Part shown: positions 21,301 to 26,833 of the stretch, piece after piece | How positions within the stretch are numbered: position 1 is the stretch's first letter | How the letters are laid out: the number at the start of each line of letters is the position of its first letter | Assembly: GCA_000002435.2 (NCBI GenBank) | Contig: CM018793.1 | From: Giardia intestinalis | Taxonomy: Eukaryota | DNA: 64,000 bases | Direction: 5' to 3' (one strand) | The notes under the pieces: generated by a model | What the model was told of the DNA's origin: nothing | Seen by the model: the letters and a program-made list of their open reading frames with translations, nothing else | The model's database searches: none | Position numbers and translations under genes: made by a program

Positions 21301-21486
21301 CAGCCAGCAAACTTAAGCAATCAGAAAATGACTCACATCCGGATTTCTTGTAGCCCAGGAAGTAGCCAAGCTAGAGGACAGCTCTTTGTAGAGACTAAAG
21401 ATGTCCTTTTCATATGGGATGTTATTAGTGGATATAAGAAGTACGTTCCGCCGGCGGGCGTTAGCAAGGTTGTGTGCCACGAGTGA
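9382..21486 (+). CDS. HYDIN: Giant hydin-like protein (ASH/MSP-domain rich; axonemal central-pair C2b projection homolog)
   Basis: 4034-aa uninterrupted ORF with a true ATG after aaaatgtaaaaattgaatcc. The N-terminus aligns position-by-position with the first ASH domains of human HYDIN as I recall them. SPSKVEFLGVTTGRVYTKAVKIINVSKSSIKVRM corresponds to FPSEIVFQNYTPCEVYEVPLILRNNDKIPRLVKV. DSVVIYSMHEQLELPLFAEKCRPHLFPDTSHLSFGNLIPGYPITKDLVITNKGTEDGQFTIK corresponds to HTLTCVTEREKFIVPIKARGARAILDFPDKLNFSTCPVKYSTQKILLVRNIGNKNAVFHIK. Further beta-sandwich-like modules (…L.F..V.VG…K.F.I.N.G….F.I) repeat along the protein. Confidence 0.72.
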   Translation: MKALSLSPSKVEFLGVTTGRVYTKAVKIINVSKSSIKVRMNAPTTESFRLQADVEANLPPGLSQTIHISFYTEDTVGSEYHDSVVIYSMHEQLELPLFAEKCRPHLFPDTSHLSFGNLIPGYPITKDLVITNKGTEDGQFTIKIDASEEEFARGSQSDIPPLSKILSFSTMTGRVPCGKAVTVRATIVCNKTGAYRGIVRLIDQYKSEELIDVSCSIIEPGLVYYHYLDDLSKSEAITSKFSTTRLSTFETKTFDPDDPRSKPRTLVPLDIWKCQAIFQEETTKKIVAQNVSPYVMNYEFQVEVRDKKPLCDIGKKKLKAGETEETVAAAQMLEDISFIRIEPSAGVLQPGEKVEIQLTFAPRLDLNRIERVCRFMSNTTLREWRRIFSFVAKQGKNKGTTNTDDDSDLDSFDTTLIEKMSDDELKQFGTEFRFFKTNLDNIAYVYEVRTKCSASSLHKTFTDATFFSVSAMATRPLVSISDTVMHFSAAQAQKNFSVKNVSVERVKLRIVAPSPYHIDDPLNHNELTTFLLPKEQRIFYLFYNPKSMTAFNDYMYLYLGETDYYQVTVSLVTNKDKEMTTRLKNVKAVLDTGNKRTVEGMALGDRKLLNATELKKYKEEQRLACDKTYNANKLKIAGKAKQEGRRTLAQGGMAAESSKLYNYNRMYLDKDSDSSEEDDAKYKTISQTGELSTSGLAGATTKQPGMERAMEVSSSAAKPSAKLSSYNDALDLGMEPEYGDNDYDSNYCNKRKKSRVAEELDQLDRDHGTTVVLQPKKRATLANDTTAPVKLFGPSNYDNLELLRISQDIKELSTRELALISTGPMAFDLGTVTVGTKVVRYFKIANDLKSFIKIELKTTQRSVNDEKQRKREVELVEDSSSEDFMPGETLPSDLGFQLGVPDMKKLKQPPATVPLSSARAQSVPNLMDRPSDGGTDARSTFVHQISPLKAAKVEVQPYIQYLPPGSMAGFPISIKFVNITPNYADIIKIYINDKEYGVINLTASIKKPTLRLNIKAYTQLKEARDLIEKYANLLMRSTSDRGRDERERDASTPISASTTQFKSQMMSDIIYFELTPANIYDKVIQRNISIINTGTAPTALALAVGADCVFSRNCVAGGDFQAQPLSISGSYSNSTVTEGLKKSSSSASITKASTVVHSAVDVFALSETEVKNFQSESNKSVLLTWCPSNAEITAGILTIQATKADMLYVPVIAHLLPGKASFLEKFIDYGLINIGKVSRVSCTIANKSTEIECYFELVEDDIVSASITEPGRNHLTVDVTRGRLGPGERLQLQVSLTTRVLGPVSTKLCFRIIGGEQIELPVRALVESPQIIVSEAIEGRSSLTVMPSPSMISMTGTVCSSPGKSVTKSRTTSRQSKQNPHGSPAGSLGGTNRVKVKCQNILPESDSESEDLTFTQPLLISPSHISFNEGVTQSIPTLKKFKVTNVSRVPADLFVDCTLSQYITLVSEIGVSDSGGDAGVISTLITKNDLLERFRLLSDTHILQSFQPLKASQDVEYSLSTYINENSGLGVTESLLRAQSKLVDRLAQKHNLPVFPGTNDIDYQSYTASLLNLNEIPDIDGSGKLKQPSELMGVSSSNADYNRVMHIYIPPGSSTTLIMSILALDQKAAVNDCVFFYLLGQTTCSEILSDPSSISVQKSAPSIGSDVGVRRASRKSSEINADVLKELDSSFLPASRKSVRESTGKSESTLNTLKAVAGGKELSNVLILSYSITPAAIFTSTSLVNFGIKVSDSSYKQSVAVYPPMFRDIFQKLLAHTGFGGPTTGSGDESAATSLAGTTELSGDRFHAIARELPFISQMALSGLYYQDVNLINQTNKVILFVALVTDYNDQLLSTKLYALNQPFGKIQPYDNVSVRVFFSPTKVGVHNAKLKVYYMEVVTGDGEASTHSEAAPASSEQKTLAFSNDISNTPRNMSPEISFFCNKGFVLSNYLTIHLQSVAVFRTIAFSANPVIFPNTAVGVPSRCLFYIRNLGYKHNVKLTITFPPELSKIAFCVIWPLGNIINHMIKTLPVLITFISNTVMSFSSRCVISDDTGTPYNLTIGGNCANDPYLLREYLRVNSKRLQQSTPLQALAQSAALMEPSVDASADGFQKEFYDLVPRSVDPYSLTTPEFGIYHSYSQLTEICKADETDPILRKYGLNKNVLLALESINCNTLVEFSEYSKALGLEEVFHNIQNKKDAFLAVGVSPWDDESIARVKSFTLINYTSKKPDAQPLGTDRSDKQSSTRALGSTKDKQKSLFQHIRRMVFGPYATTEYPRYSNANNRLAFYWHFIFRTVGLNSESCLTPYIPFIPDVVGLSTENNITISFMIQTLYLLLNLRLNTNLPFPAQFTQSTSKTSPFLLWACGILKKDISINPKTLQNLPSINKLRVEFLHSCYDDMLTALKINGAMLNNIPCELLMAREDFLNWCKWSIAKVSRNSYTSALADVVNLDQQPPGDKDVGRPHEKSAKLQSSVHNKMKHSIAPAASVLPTDEFEPQLVSPMITQTSSLVILDILRAVHEFSHRSAWYFVLSELVRLFILNTTSNAKVLEANIQKHRVWVSNEAIEFELSKGIFDIKCQKESIADFFAKFDAFSKATKLNENGCLLYLFTYHASYMIHGTEFQEIVVNQKYTAPAKADIKDKKNIVTRSQLALQKSTKRIVQDSAIDTLAGTCKEEPQGSLSPRRSARGTPNFYVLKSSRALFSGLEVGLTILSHYPYCDGIRRRAEELMNASVAIAKSFLELGISNFTPDYILNLKIKIPELTDRMFSALESARSALWLEIEQFLRLEFNISLLPSSLYMTSPSSTFDYSHNVAYTNALATNHQILATLLYQVLPSYLPYKALRVLSNLGDTVTQPLEVSNVMKSSSIKYKTSILYPRSDDVSAGGPSCEIKLNTSMLTIEPRMSSTLFIKMTPRFAKPCVALIGLRPSYEVSSQTSSGSFLAPSFVAVVIETNDTVPVKVYEVESKCQQQAKISIDVDNKNGLEANYKIRITEKFVALDSASLSASVKPKKVFGYMEPLTTQAAKTVNPADKKVPDTVVQPLCGVTVSPIAFKTNERSLNIKPRGRQAMNLYYMPTHPGAYIASVIFEDANLGSFMYELRGYSILPDISHTYNISSLATESRTFNIDINDLLGHDLVHKYVNHELKQVVDTKQTDDGKQAQMIQLTSSIDPLNKVFTLKYVSRPNVEPDVHAFRFLIATDTFTKQGLIYLNLLKRQEEIQMEMIVPARETVSQKLPVRNTMDNDCLMSVTITSQGQNALQRAGRGGAQKQQLSSLISYFWVNGQAMTDGVPFTMLVRPHDSPFILLEFKPKWIALFNAKLVIENSTKDLLVDEYLLKCQATEPLTSGIINLETVAMEPVVYKFTISSPPLLETGQASNLQQQQAQQLTRYTVYLQDKKAVFELSHSSFDLAPGTSQVVELRGFSPCSGQSKNILFIQNNGTNTYEWYEVVLHVKPRECSGVVELQTSTNLNARHEFSITNTRSDVYANVNVEVMNIPYYLLSFSPSMQIEPGDTQSLILNVRPTCRGVLKGVVIFNSMELGEFWYELVVTCNELTVKEETIYSLLSAQVSSKIMIENPNPTTALTYTIENSNHNAFTSHPKSSFIVQHSSQEIVKINYRPTKVNLPEIGEFYVSGVDSKGVIQSEYKYVFRGIGQMPKEQTITKIYANVGSSNAGVVTFKNPFLTSSLLRFEYENSPDLQFNIRPEMIIQPFCDVQLPFTFTPKSLKLVKAKFLVHVQQLADTEAGIDTAEILKMGEETFTTLLNKSEVYTFTYPIEATAEIVLNETFAFMACSARNSVSVSKPVPFDSLARYSAGDMSFYIEPIDTRTLKPDSAFYIAQKSIQFFYRPSGSMSPSGSTRLPQVLGGIGSAPQISLSFTPMKPFACDVNMIISIRNSGRYKLPLQLVANTPKPEGTITVELANSNTEGEYILKICNIYNVYTEYKASFSPTSSERFSVSPSSGILEPAQPANLSNQKMTHIRISCSPGSSQARGQLFVETKDVLFIWDVISGYKKYVPPAGVSKVVCHE

Positions 21487-21493
21487 TCACGCT

Positions 21494-22948
21494 CTAGTCT
21501 GCCCCGAATAGATCGCGCACGTGGTCCTCAGGTCTTCTTCTTTCATGGACGGAACTCTGTGCAGTTCTTCCGTTATCCTTCCCTTGAATAACCCGTTTTC
21601 TGGTACCTATTGGGGTCTTTTCTAAAGCTACTTCTGGAGCAGACTGGGGAGCTGGGGTATTGAGAGATGTGTTGGCGAACTTTGCCTTGTCGTAAAGAGC
21701 CTTATCTATGTAAAACCCATGCATGTAAGGTATACAGAGAGAGGAGTCTGCCACTAAGTCCAACCCAACCCTCTCCAGATCCTCCTTGGTCACAAAGTAG
21801 AGCCCTTCGTATGAGCTTGTAAGCGCGTTTGTGGACATGTCTGCAGCAAGGTCGTCCAAGAATGCAGCAAAGACAGGAGATGGTCCGAGCTCAGGGACAT
21901 AGAAGGTATTAACGACCATGTCCTCACACGGAACCATCAGCAGGCCAGACTCAGGAAAGACGGTAAAGGAGTTAATGGTCACATCTGGTTCAATAACGCA
22001 GAACAGCTTGCTTTTGCTAGTAGTTGAAGCTGTGCTCTCGTCTGGCCTGAACATGCGTATGGAGCGACTATCGGCAGAGATAAGTGTATGCGTGGAGTAA
22101 CTTGTGTGGAAGCATATCTCTCTAATTGGAAGGTCGGAGTGATGTGTAAATTGATGAAGAGGATGGGATGAGCGTATGTCATAGAGAATAACATCAGACT
22201 CACTGGTACCGGCAGCAATCTGCAGACCGGTTTTGTCAACAGCAACCGCGGTACCTTCGTTTTCCAGCGCTATGCTAGAAACAATGCCTCCCTTTGTCCT
22301 GGCGTCATAGGTGCTCAGTGAGTGGCCATCAGCTGCAAAGGTAAGGCAAGTCTCGGGAGAGTAGACAAGTGCATTGACTCCAAATGCATCAGAAGAGATG
22401 AGCTTCCGCGAAAAAGATGGTGTGTCCCAGGATGTGCGAAAGCGGCCTTCTTGCAGGTCCACTCTGTAGATTTGTCCCCCAACTCCACCAACAATCAATT
22501 GGGGCGTGTGGCAGTCAAATGCAGAACACCTAGGGGGCCTAGGAATACGCATCTTGTACAGTTTCCCACCCTTGTTGTGAAATTCTAAGTTTCGATCTAT
22601 TTCGACAAGGGCCATGAGCTGATAATCATCGGAAAGAAAGTGGAAATCGACAATCTCCGAGTCTGTGTTCCGCTGAACCTTGAGGCCCGTGTTTCCCAAA
22701 TCGTAAAGCCGCAGCATAGGAGGATAGCATCCGCATGCAGCGAAATACTGACAATCATTGGAAAACCGAGCCTTGGTTGTTAGAGTGGGGAACGTGAGGT
22801 CTTGCAAAACATCAATCCGCTGCTTGTTCGTAGGTGCTTCTTGCATGTTCTTTCGTTCCTGCTTTGAGAGGAAGGCTGGGATGCCCTTTCCGGGCGTCAC
22901 GTTGAAGACTTTCACGTTATTGACAGTTGTTGTGACGAGGAGCGACAT
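21494..22948 (-). CDS. NOL10: Nucleolar protein 10 (NOL10/Enp2) homolog, ribosome biogenesis
   Basis: 484 aa from the first ATG (the track start at 22951 is TTG). Blocks are collinear with NOL10/Enp2. Examples are NNVKVFNV, RIDVLQDLTFPT, GCYPPMLRLYDL, LKVQRNTDSEIVDF..LSDDY, YKMRIPRPPR, VGGVGGQIYRVDLQEGRF, WD-like LYDIRSSHPLHQFTHHSDLPIREICFH, ADSRSIRMF, and the C-terminal YFVTKEDLERVGLDLVADSSLCIPYMHGFYIDKALYDKAKF (cf. human [41 protein letters not shown]). Confidence 0.85.
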   Translation of the reverse strand: MSLLVTTTVNNVKVFNVTPGKGIPAFLSKQERKNMQEAPTNKQRIDVLQDLTFPTLTTKARFSNDCQYFAACGCYPPMLRLYDLGNTGLKVQRNTDSEIVDFHFLSDDYQLMALVEIDRNLEFHNKGGKLYKMRIPRPPRCSAFDCHTPQLIVGGVGGQIYRVDLQEGRFRTSWDTPSFSRKLISSDAFGVNALVYSPETCLTFAADGHSLSTYDARTKGGIVSSIALENEGTAVAVDKTGLQIAAGTSESDVILYDIRSSHPLHQFTHHSDLPIREICFHTSYSTHTLISADSRSIRMFRPDESTASTTSKSKLFCVIEPDVTINSFTVFPESGLLMVPCEDMVVNTFYVPELGPSPVFAAFLDDLAADMSTNALTSSYEGLYFVTKEDLERVGLDLVADSSLCIPYMHGFYIDKALYDKAKFANTSLNTPAPQSAPEVALEKTPIGTRKRVIQGKDNGRTAQSSVHERRRPEDHVRDLFGAD

Positions 22949-22994
22949 CAATTAATTGCATAATAGAAAGAATTCACAATGATTCCAAGAAGCG

Positions 22995-24719
22995 TCAATT
23001 GCCATAGAAACAAGCTCCGTCACGGCAGATCCCTCTTCCCTTGCATACAGTTCCATCGGCCCCAATGCACGCCGGGGTTGTGCAAACACCGTCAATGAGT
23101 TCTGCCTCTCCGTTGCAGCGGCACCGAGCAACTCCGTCCTCTGTTATGCAGTGTCCGAACCCGGCACAAACGCGCCGGACACCGTCTGCATATTCAGTAA
23201 CGCACGCATCCGGGACGCAGCCCCAGGCCAGAACTGCCGTCTCGCCTTCAGGGCATTCCCGGTTTTCACAGCGCGTACCACTGTAGCCCTCGGGACATGC
23301 ACAACCCTCGGGTCCGAGACAGAAGCCAACGCCACTACAGATGGGTTTGAAGGAAAGATCGCGATTTAGGCACTTGAAGTGGGTACATGTACTTGTTTCT
23401 AACGCAAGGTACCCATCTTCGCAGTCGCAAAGAAAGTTATAATCTTCAGGGTGTTCTGCTGAAAAGGAAACAACGCAGCCTCCATGCCCGCTGCACTCAA
23501 CAGGGTTTCCATTGGCATCATAACTTATGCAGGATAACGAGACGCACCTTTCACCGATCTGGAGTGCCTCATCGCTGCACTTCTGGCAATATGTTCCCGT
23601 AGTTATCGAGAGGCAGATGCAGCGGCGAGCCTCCATGTCGCATTGGCCCAGTCCAGAGCAGAGCTTGGGATCTCCATTTGGAAGGATGTCAGTGACACAG
23701 GAATTGGGGTAGCACTTGCCATTGTAGGGCACATACTCTGCGCGGCACACACACGTCCAGGACATACCTTCACGCTCACATGTCCCGTACGGGCACACCT
23801 CTCCGTCGACGATGCAGTTGGATGGCATGCAGACGTTCTTATCGATGAGCTCGTACCCCTCGTTGCAGGTGCATGCGTTGTTTGCGCAAACCCCGTGGTC
23901 ACCGCAGACGTGTCCGTCGGGGGAGATGCACCCATCGGTCACACACTGACCCTCAAAGTAGCGCGTACCTGCAGGGCAGTCGATAATCTTGTACTGGCAG
24001 ACGTCGCCCTCAAAGCCCTCGTCACAACGGCATGTTCTGTCTGGCTCGCAGATCCCGCGATCGCTGCAGGCCACGATCCTGTCCTCCGGCTGGGACGCAC
24101 ACGTGAATGGAACACACTTGTAGTTGTCGAGGACAGTACTCGGGTAGCAGATGCAGGAAATGATCCCGATGGGGTAGAAGAAGCAGACCCCGAAGCCCCC
24201 GCACTCGACGGTGTCGCCCTCGTGGTTCTCGCTGAGGCAACGCTGGTCGACGCAGTGGTCTTCGAAAAGGACCGCATCGGGTGCGCACTCCTCGCAGAAG
24301 GTCCCAGCGTAGAAGGGATCACAGACGCAAGCGGGCGTGCCATCCTCAGCAACACACGCTCCAGCTCCACCGCATATCTTTCCGTCGTGCACGCACTCGT
24401 CGGGAGCACACGTCGGGGAGACGCTTGTGTAGCCCTCGTCGCAAGCGCAGGAAAAGCCATCCGGGCCCCTCTTGCAGACACCGTGATCGCCGCAGACAAG
24501 CCCCATGCTATCCGTACACTCCGCAGGCGTGCACCCGGCGTTCGACAGTCTGTAGCCGTCGTCACAATAGCAATAGTTCACCATGCAGACCCCGTGGCCC
24601 GCGCAGACTGTTCCGTCGAAGACGCACGCCTCCGGGTAGCACTCCCCGTCGACCTCGATTTCGCCCTCGGGGCACGCGGAGAGGAACCCCGCTAGGAGCC
24701 CAAGAAGTACAGGAAGCAT
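22995..24719 (-). CDS. Secreted high-cysteine EGF-like repeat protein (VSP/HCMP/tenascin-like, no membrane anchor)
   Basis: 574 aa with a true ATG after caaaaacaa. It has a signal peptide (MLPVLLGLLAGFLSACPEG) and about 13 tandem ~40-aa modules of the form C.P..C..DG.VC.GHGVC....C.C..GY, with many CxxC and GHGVC/GFGHC motifs. The C-terminus (CKGRGICRDGACFYGN) has no hydrophobic helix and no CRGKA tail. The locus is GC-rich and has spurious long antisense ORFs. Confidence 0.8.
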   Translation of the reverse strand: MLPVLLGLLAGFLSACPEGEIEVDGECYPEACVFDGTVCAGHGVCMVNYCYCDDGYRLSNAGCTPAECTDSMGLVCGDHGVCKRGPDGFSCACDEGYTSVSPTCAPDECVHDGKICGGAGACVAEDGTPACVCDPFYAGTFCEECAPDAVLFEDHCVDQRCLSENHEGDTVECGGFGVCFFYPIGIISCICYPSTVLDNYKCVPFTCASQPEDRIVACSDRGICEPDRTCRCDEGFEGDVCQYKIIDCPAGTRYFEGQCVTDGCISPDGHVCGDHGVCANNACTCNEGYELIDKNVCMPSNCIVDGEVCPYGTCEREGMSWTCVCRAEYVPYNGKCYPNSCVTDILPNGDPKLCSGLGQCDMEARRCICLSITTGTYCQKCSDEALQIGERCVSLSCISYDANGNPVECSGHGGCVVSFSAEHPEDYNFLCDCEDGYLALETSTCTHFKCLNRDLSFKPICSGVGFCLGPEGCACPEGYSGTRCENRECPEGETAVLAWGCVPDACVTEYADGVRRVCAGFGHCITEDGVARCRCNGEAELIDGVCTTPACIGADGTVCKGRGICRDGACFYGN

Positions 24720-24905
24720 TTGTTTTTGCTAGTCTGCTACAAAGTTGATCACTCGTTTTGTGTGGTCACAATTTTGTTCACGGAGGTAATAAAAATACCA
24801 GGCATAGCAGGGGCAGCTGTAACAATTAGAAGCCTAAGCGATGACATCTCTTTGTCTGCTATCAGACTTTAAATAATTCCATTTAGCTGCTTTAAGCTGT
24901 GCTGC

Positions 24906-26804
24906 ATGGATGTAAATTATACCATGAAGGTGCCAGTCCAACAGCAGGATGCCAGACGACGAAGACAGTGGCTCAACACCTCGGACAACTCTAAGCTTGT
25001 CTTTCGCAGAGAGCTCCTCGAATCTGCAGATAGCGTTGCTTTGAAGACGGAGCGTTCGGTTGCGCCAATCCGCAAACAGGATGGGGCTCTTTTTGAGAAC
25101 GGCAAGTCGTTTTCTGAGCTAGGTATTCACGAGCAGATCTGTGAGATATTGAAAAGTAAGCTCCAGGTTCATAATCCGACGTTTATTCAGCAGCAAGCAA
25201 TTCCGCGAATAATGAGTGGAGAGGACGTTATAATCAAGGCACAGACCGGGTCAGGAAAGACCCTTGCATTCCTTCTCCCTGTTTTGACCAAGCTATTTAC
25301 CGACTATCAGCAACGGGGTCCGTCCTCGTTCAAGCGGGAGGAGTGGGCTTCGAAGGTCTTGATTGTTAGCCCCACAAAGGAGCTTGCCATGCAATCGGAG
25401 CTGGTGGTTGCAAGCCTCCTCTCACGGACTGTGATGGTTTCGGGGTCCTTGATTGGTGCCGTGCCTAGAGACAAAGAGAAGGCTAGTCTCCGTAAAGGAA
25501 TTACCGTGATATCTGGAACACCGGGGAGGATCCAGGATCACCTCAATCAGACTGCCTGCTTCAAGCTGACGAATATACAGGTCGTTGTTCTGGACGAATG
25601 TGACCAGCTGATTTCTCACGGGTTCTCCTCTGCTTTGCAGGCCATTTTGTCCCATGCACGTAAAGCTAACCCAAAATTGCAAGTGATCTTGGCCTCTGCG
25701 ACGGCGGATCGTCGCGTCCTAGACTTTGTTCGAAGCAGTGTTCGCGAAGCAATCCCAATAGGAGATTTATTTTCAGCTGAACCGGTAAACCCTCAACCAG
25801 AAGCTGGGCTTGCCAAGGCGGTTACACCTGCGTCTCTTGAACAAAGGTTTTGCATAGTGCCGAGTAAGATGCGGCTTGCCCTCCTAATCTCTACCCTTGC
25901 TTTCGAGACGGTGAAGGCTAGCGAGTCCAAAACTGCTGTACGGATCCTTGTGTTTGCAGAGACCAAGGACGTGTGCTCTTTGTTGAACGAGATCTTGATG
26001 CGGCTTTCCGAGGCAGAGACATCTGAAGATCACTTCATACTAGCTAAGATCTTTCATCTTCACGGGTCTCTGGGGGTTGAAGATCGCCAGATTGTCTGGC
26101 ACAAGTTCTTGGAGTCTGGTGGGATTCTGGTGGCCACTGATGTGGCGGCGCGTGGCCTAAATCTAGGATCAGGAGCACTGTCATCGGGGCTGCACGGAGT
26201 CGACCTTGTTATTCAATTTGAAGCACCTTCATCGTGTGAGCAGTACGTGCACAGAGTTGGCCGTGCAGGTCGTATGGGACAACGTGGAAGGTCCATTCTT
26301 TTTCTCCTTGAAAATGAAGCTGGCCTCGTGCCATTGCTGGGCAGTTATGGTATTGCTCTTGCAGCTACTCCCGTTGACGCCCTTGCGGAGCGGGTCCTTG
26401 AGTACAGAAAGCCAATTCGATTGATGGAAAGGGTACAGGCTAAAGTTGAGGAGCTGATTGCGGGCGACAAGGAGCTTCGCCACATGGCCGTGCAAGCATT
26501 CTCAATGTATATCCGGGGGTACTCCATGAAGTCCTCAGATGTACGCCACATTTTCAATCTGAAGAGCTTGCACCTGGGACATATAGCGAAAGGATTTGGA
26601 CTATCCGAGCCTCCATCTAAGGTCTTGGGGGAGTTTCGGCCATCCAAGAAGCAGATCAAGGAGGCGCGGATGGAGAGGCTTGCAAAGGTGCATGGAGTTA
26701 AGATGAAGAGCAAGTGCAATCCACGCCTCAAGACGAAGTTTGACGCGTCGGAAAGAGACAACAGACCGGTCTTTAAGGAACAATACTCTTTACCGAATAA
26801 ATAG
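24906..26804 (+). CDS. ATP-dependent DEAD-box (DECD variant) RNA helicase with a C-terminal DUF4217, DDX10/DDX18/DDX31 (Dbp4/Has1/Dbp7)-like, nucleolar ribosome-biogenesis class
   Basis: 632 aa. Canonical motifs are present: Q (PTFIQQQAIP), I (AQTGSGKTLAFLLP), Ia (PTKELA), II (VLDECDQL), III (SAT) and VI (HRVGRAGRMG). The C-terminal tail (AFSMYIRGYSMKSSDVRHIFNLKSLHLGHIAKGFGL) matches the DUF4217 signature. An alternative start is at ATG 24924. Confidence 0.88.
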   Translation: MDVNYTMKVPVQQQDARRRRQWLNTSDNSKLVFRRELLESADSVALKTERSVAPIRKQDGALFENGKSFSELGIHEQICEILKSKLQVHNPTFIQQQAIPRIMSGEDVIIKAQTGSGKTLAFLLPVLTKLFTDYQQRGPSSFKREEWASKVLIVSPTKELAMQSELVVASLLSRTVMVSGSLIGAVPRDKEKASLRKGITVISGTPGRIQDHLNQTACFKLTNIQVVVLDECDQLISHGFSSALQAILSHARKANPKLQVILASATADRRVLDFVRSSVREAIPIGDLFSAEPVNPQPEAGLAKAVTPASLEQRFCIVPSKMRLALLISTLAFETVKASESKTAVRILVFAETKDVCSLLNEILMRLSEAETSEDHFILAKIFHLHGSLGVEDRQIVWHKFLESGGILVATDVAARGLNLGSGALSSGLHGVDLVIQFEAPSSCEQYVHRVGRAGRMGQRGRSILFLLENEAGLVPLLGSYGIALAATPVDALAERVLEYRKPIRLMERVQAKVEELIAGDKELRHMAVQAFSMYIRGYSMKSSDVRHIFNLKSLHLGHIAKGFGLSEPPSKVLGEFRPSKKQIKEARMERLAKVHGVKMKSKCNPRLKTKFDASERDNRPVFKEQYSLPNK

Positions 26805-26833
26805 TCAAATACCTTAAATATCTTAAAAACTCT

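Noticed and set aside
23643-24695. 350-aa ORF on the + strand (and 208-aa and 155-aa ORFs in other frames) overlapping the cysteine-rich gene
   Set aside because: The locus is GC-rich, and the real gene is a periodic Cys/Gly/Asp module array on the minus strand. The antisense/alternate frames are Ala/Arg/Val/Pro-rich with no features. They are a compositional artefact.
22995-24719. Calling the cysteine-rich gene a bona fide VSP
   Set aside because: It lacks the C-terminal TM helix and the CRGKA tail that define VSPs. I describe it as a VSP/tenascin-like secreted high-cysteine protein instead.
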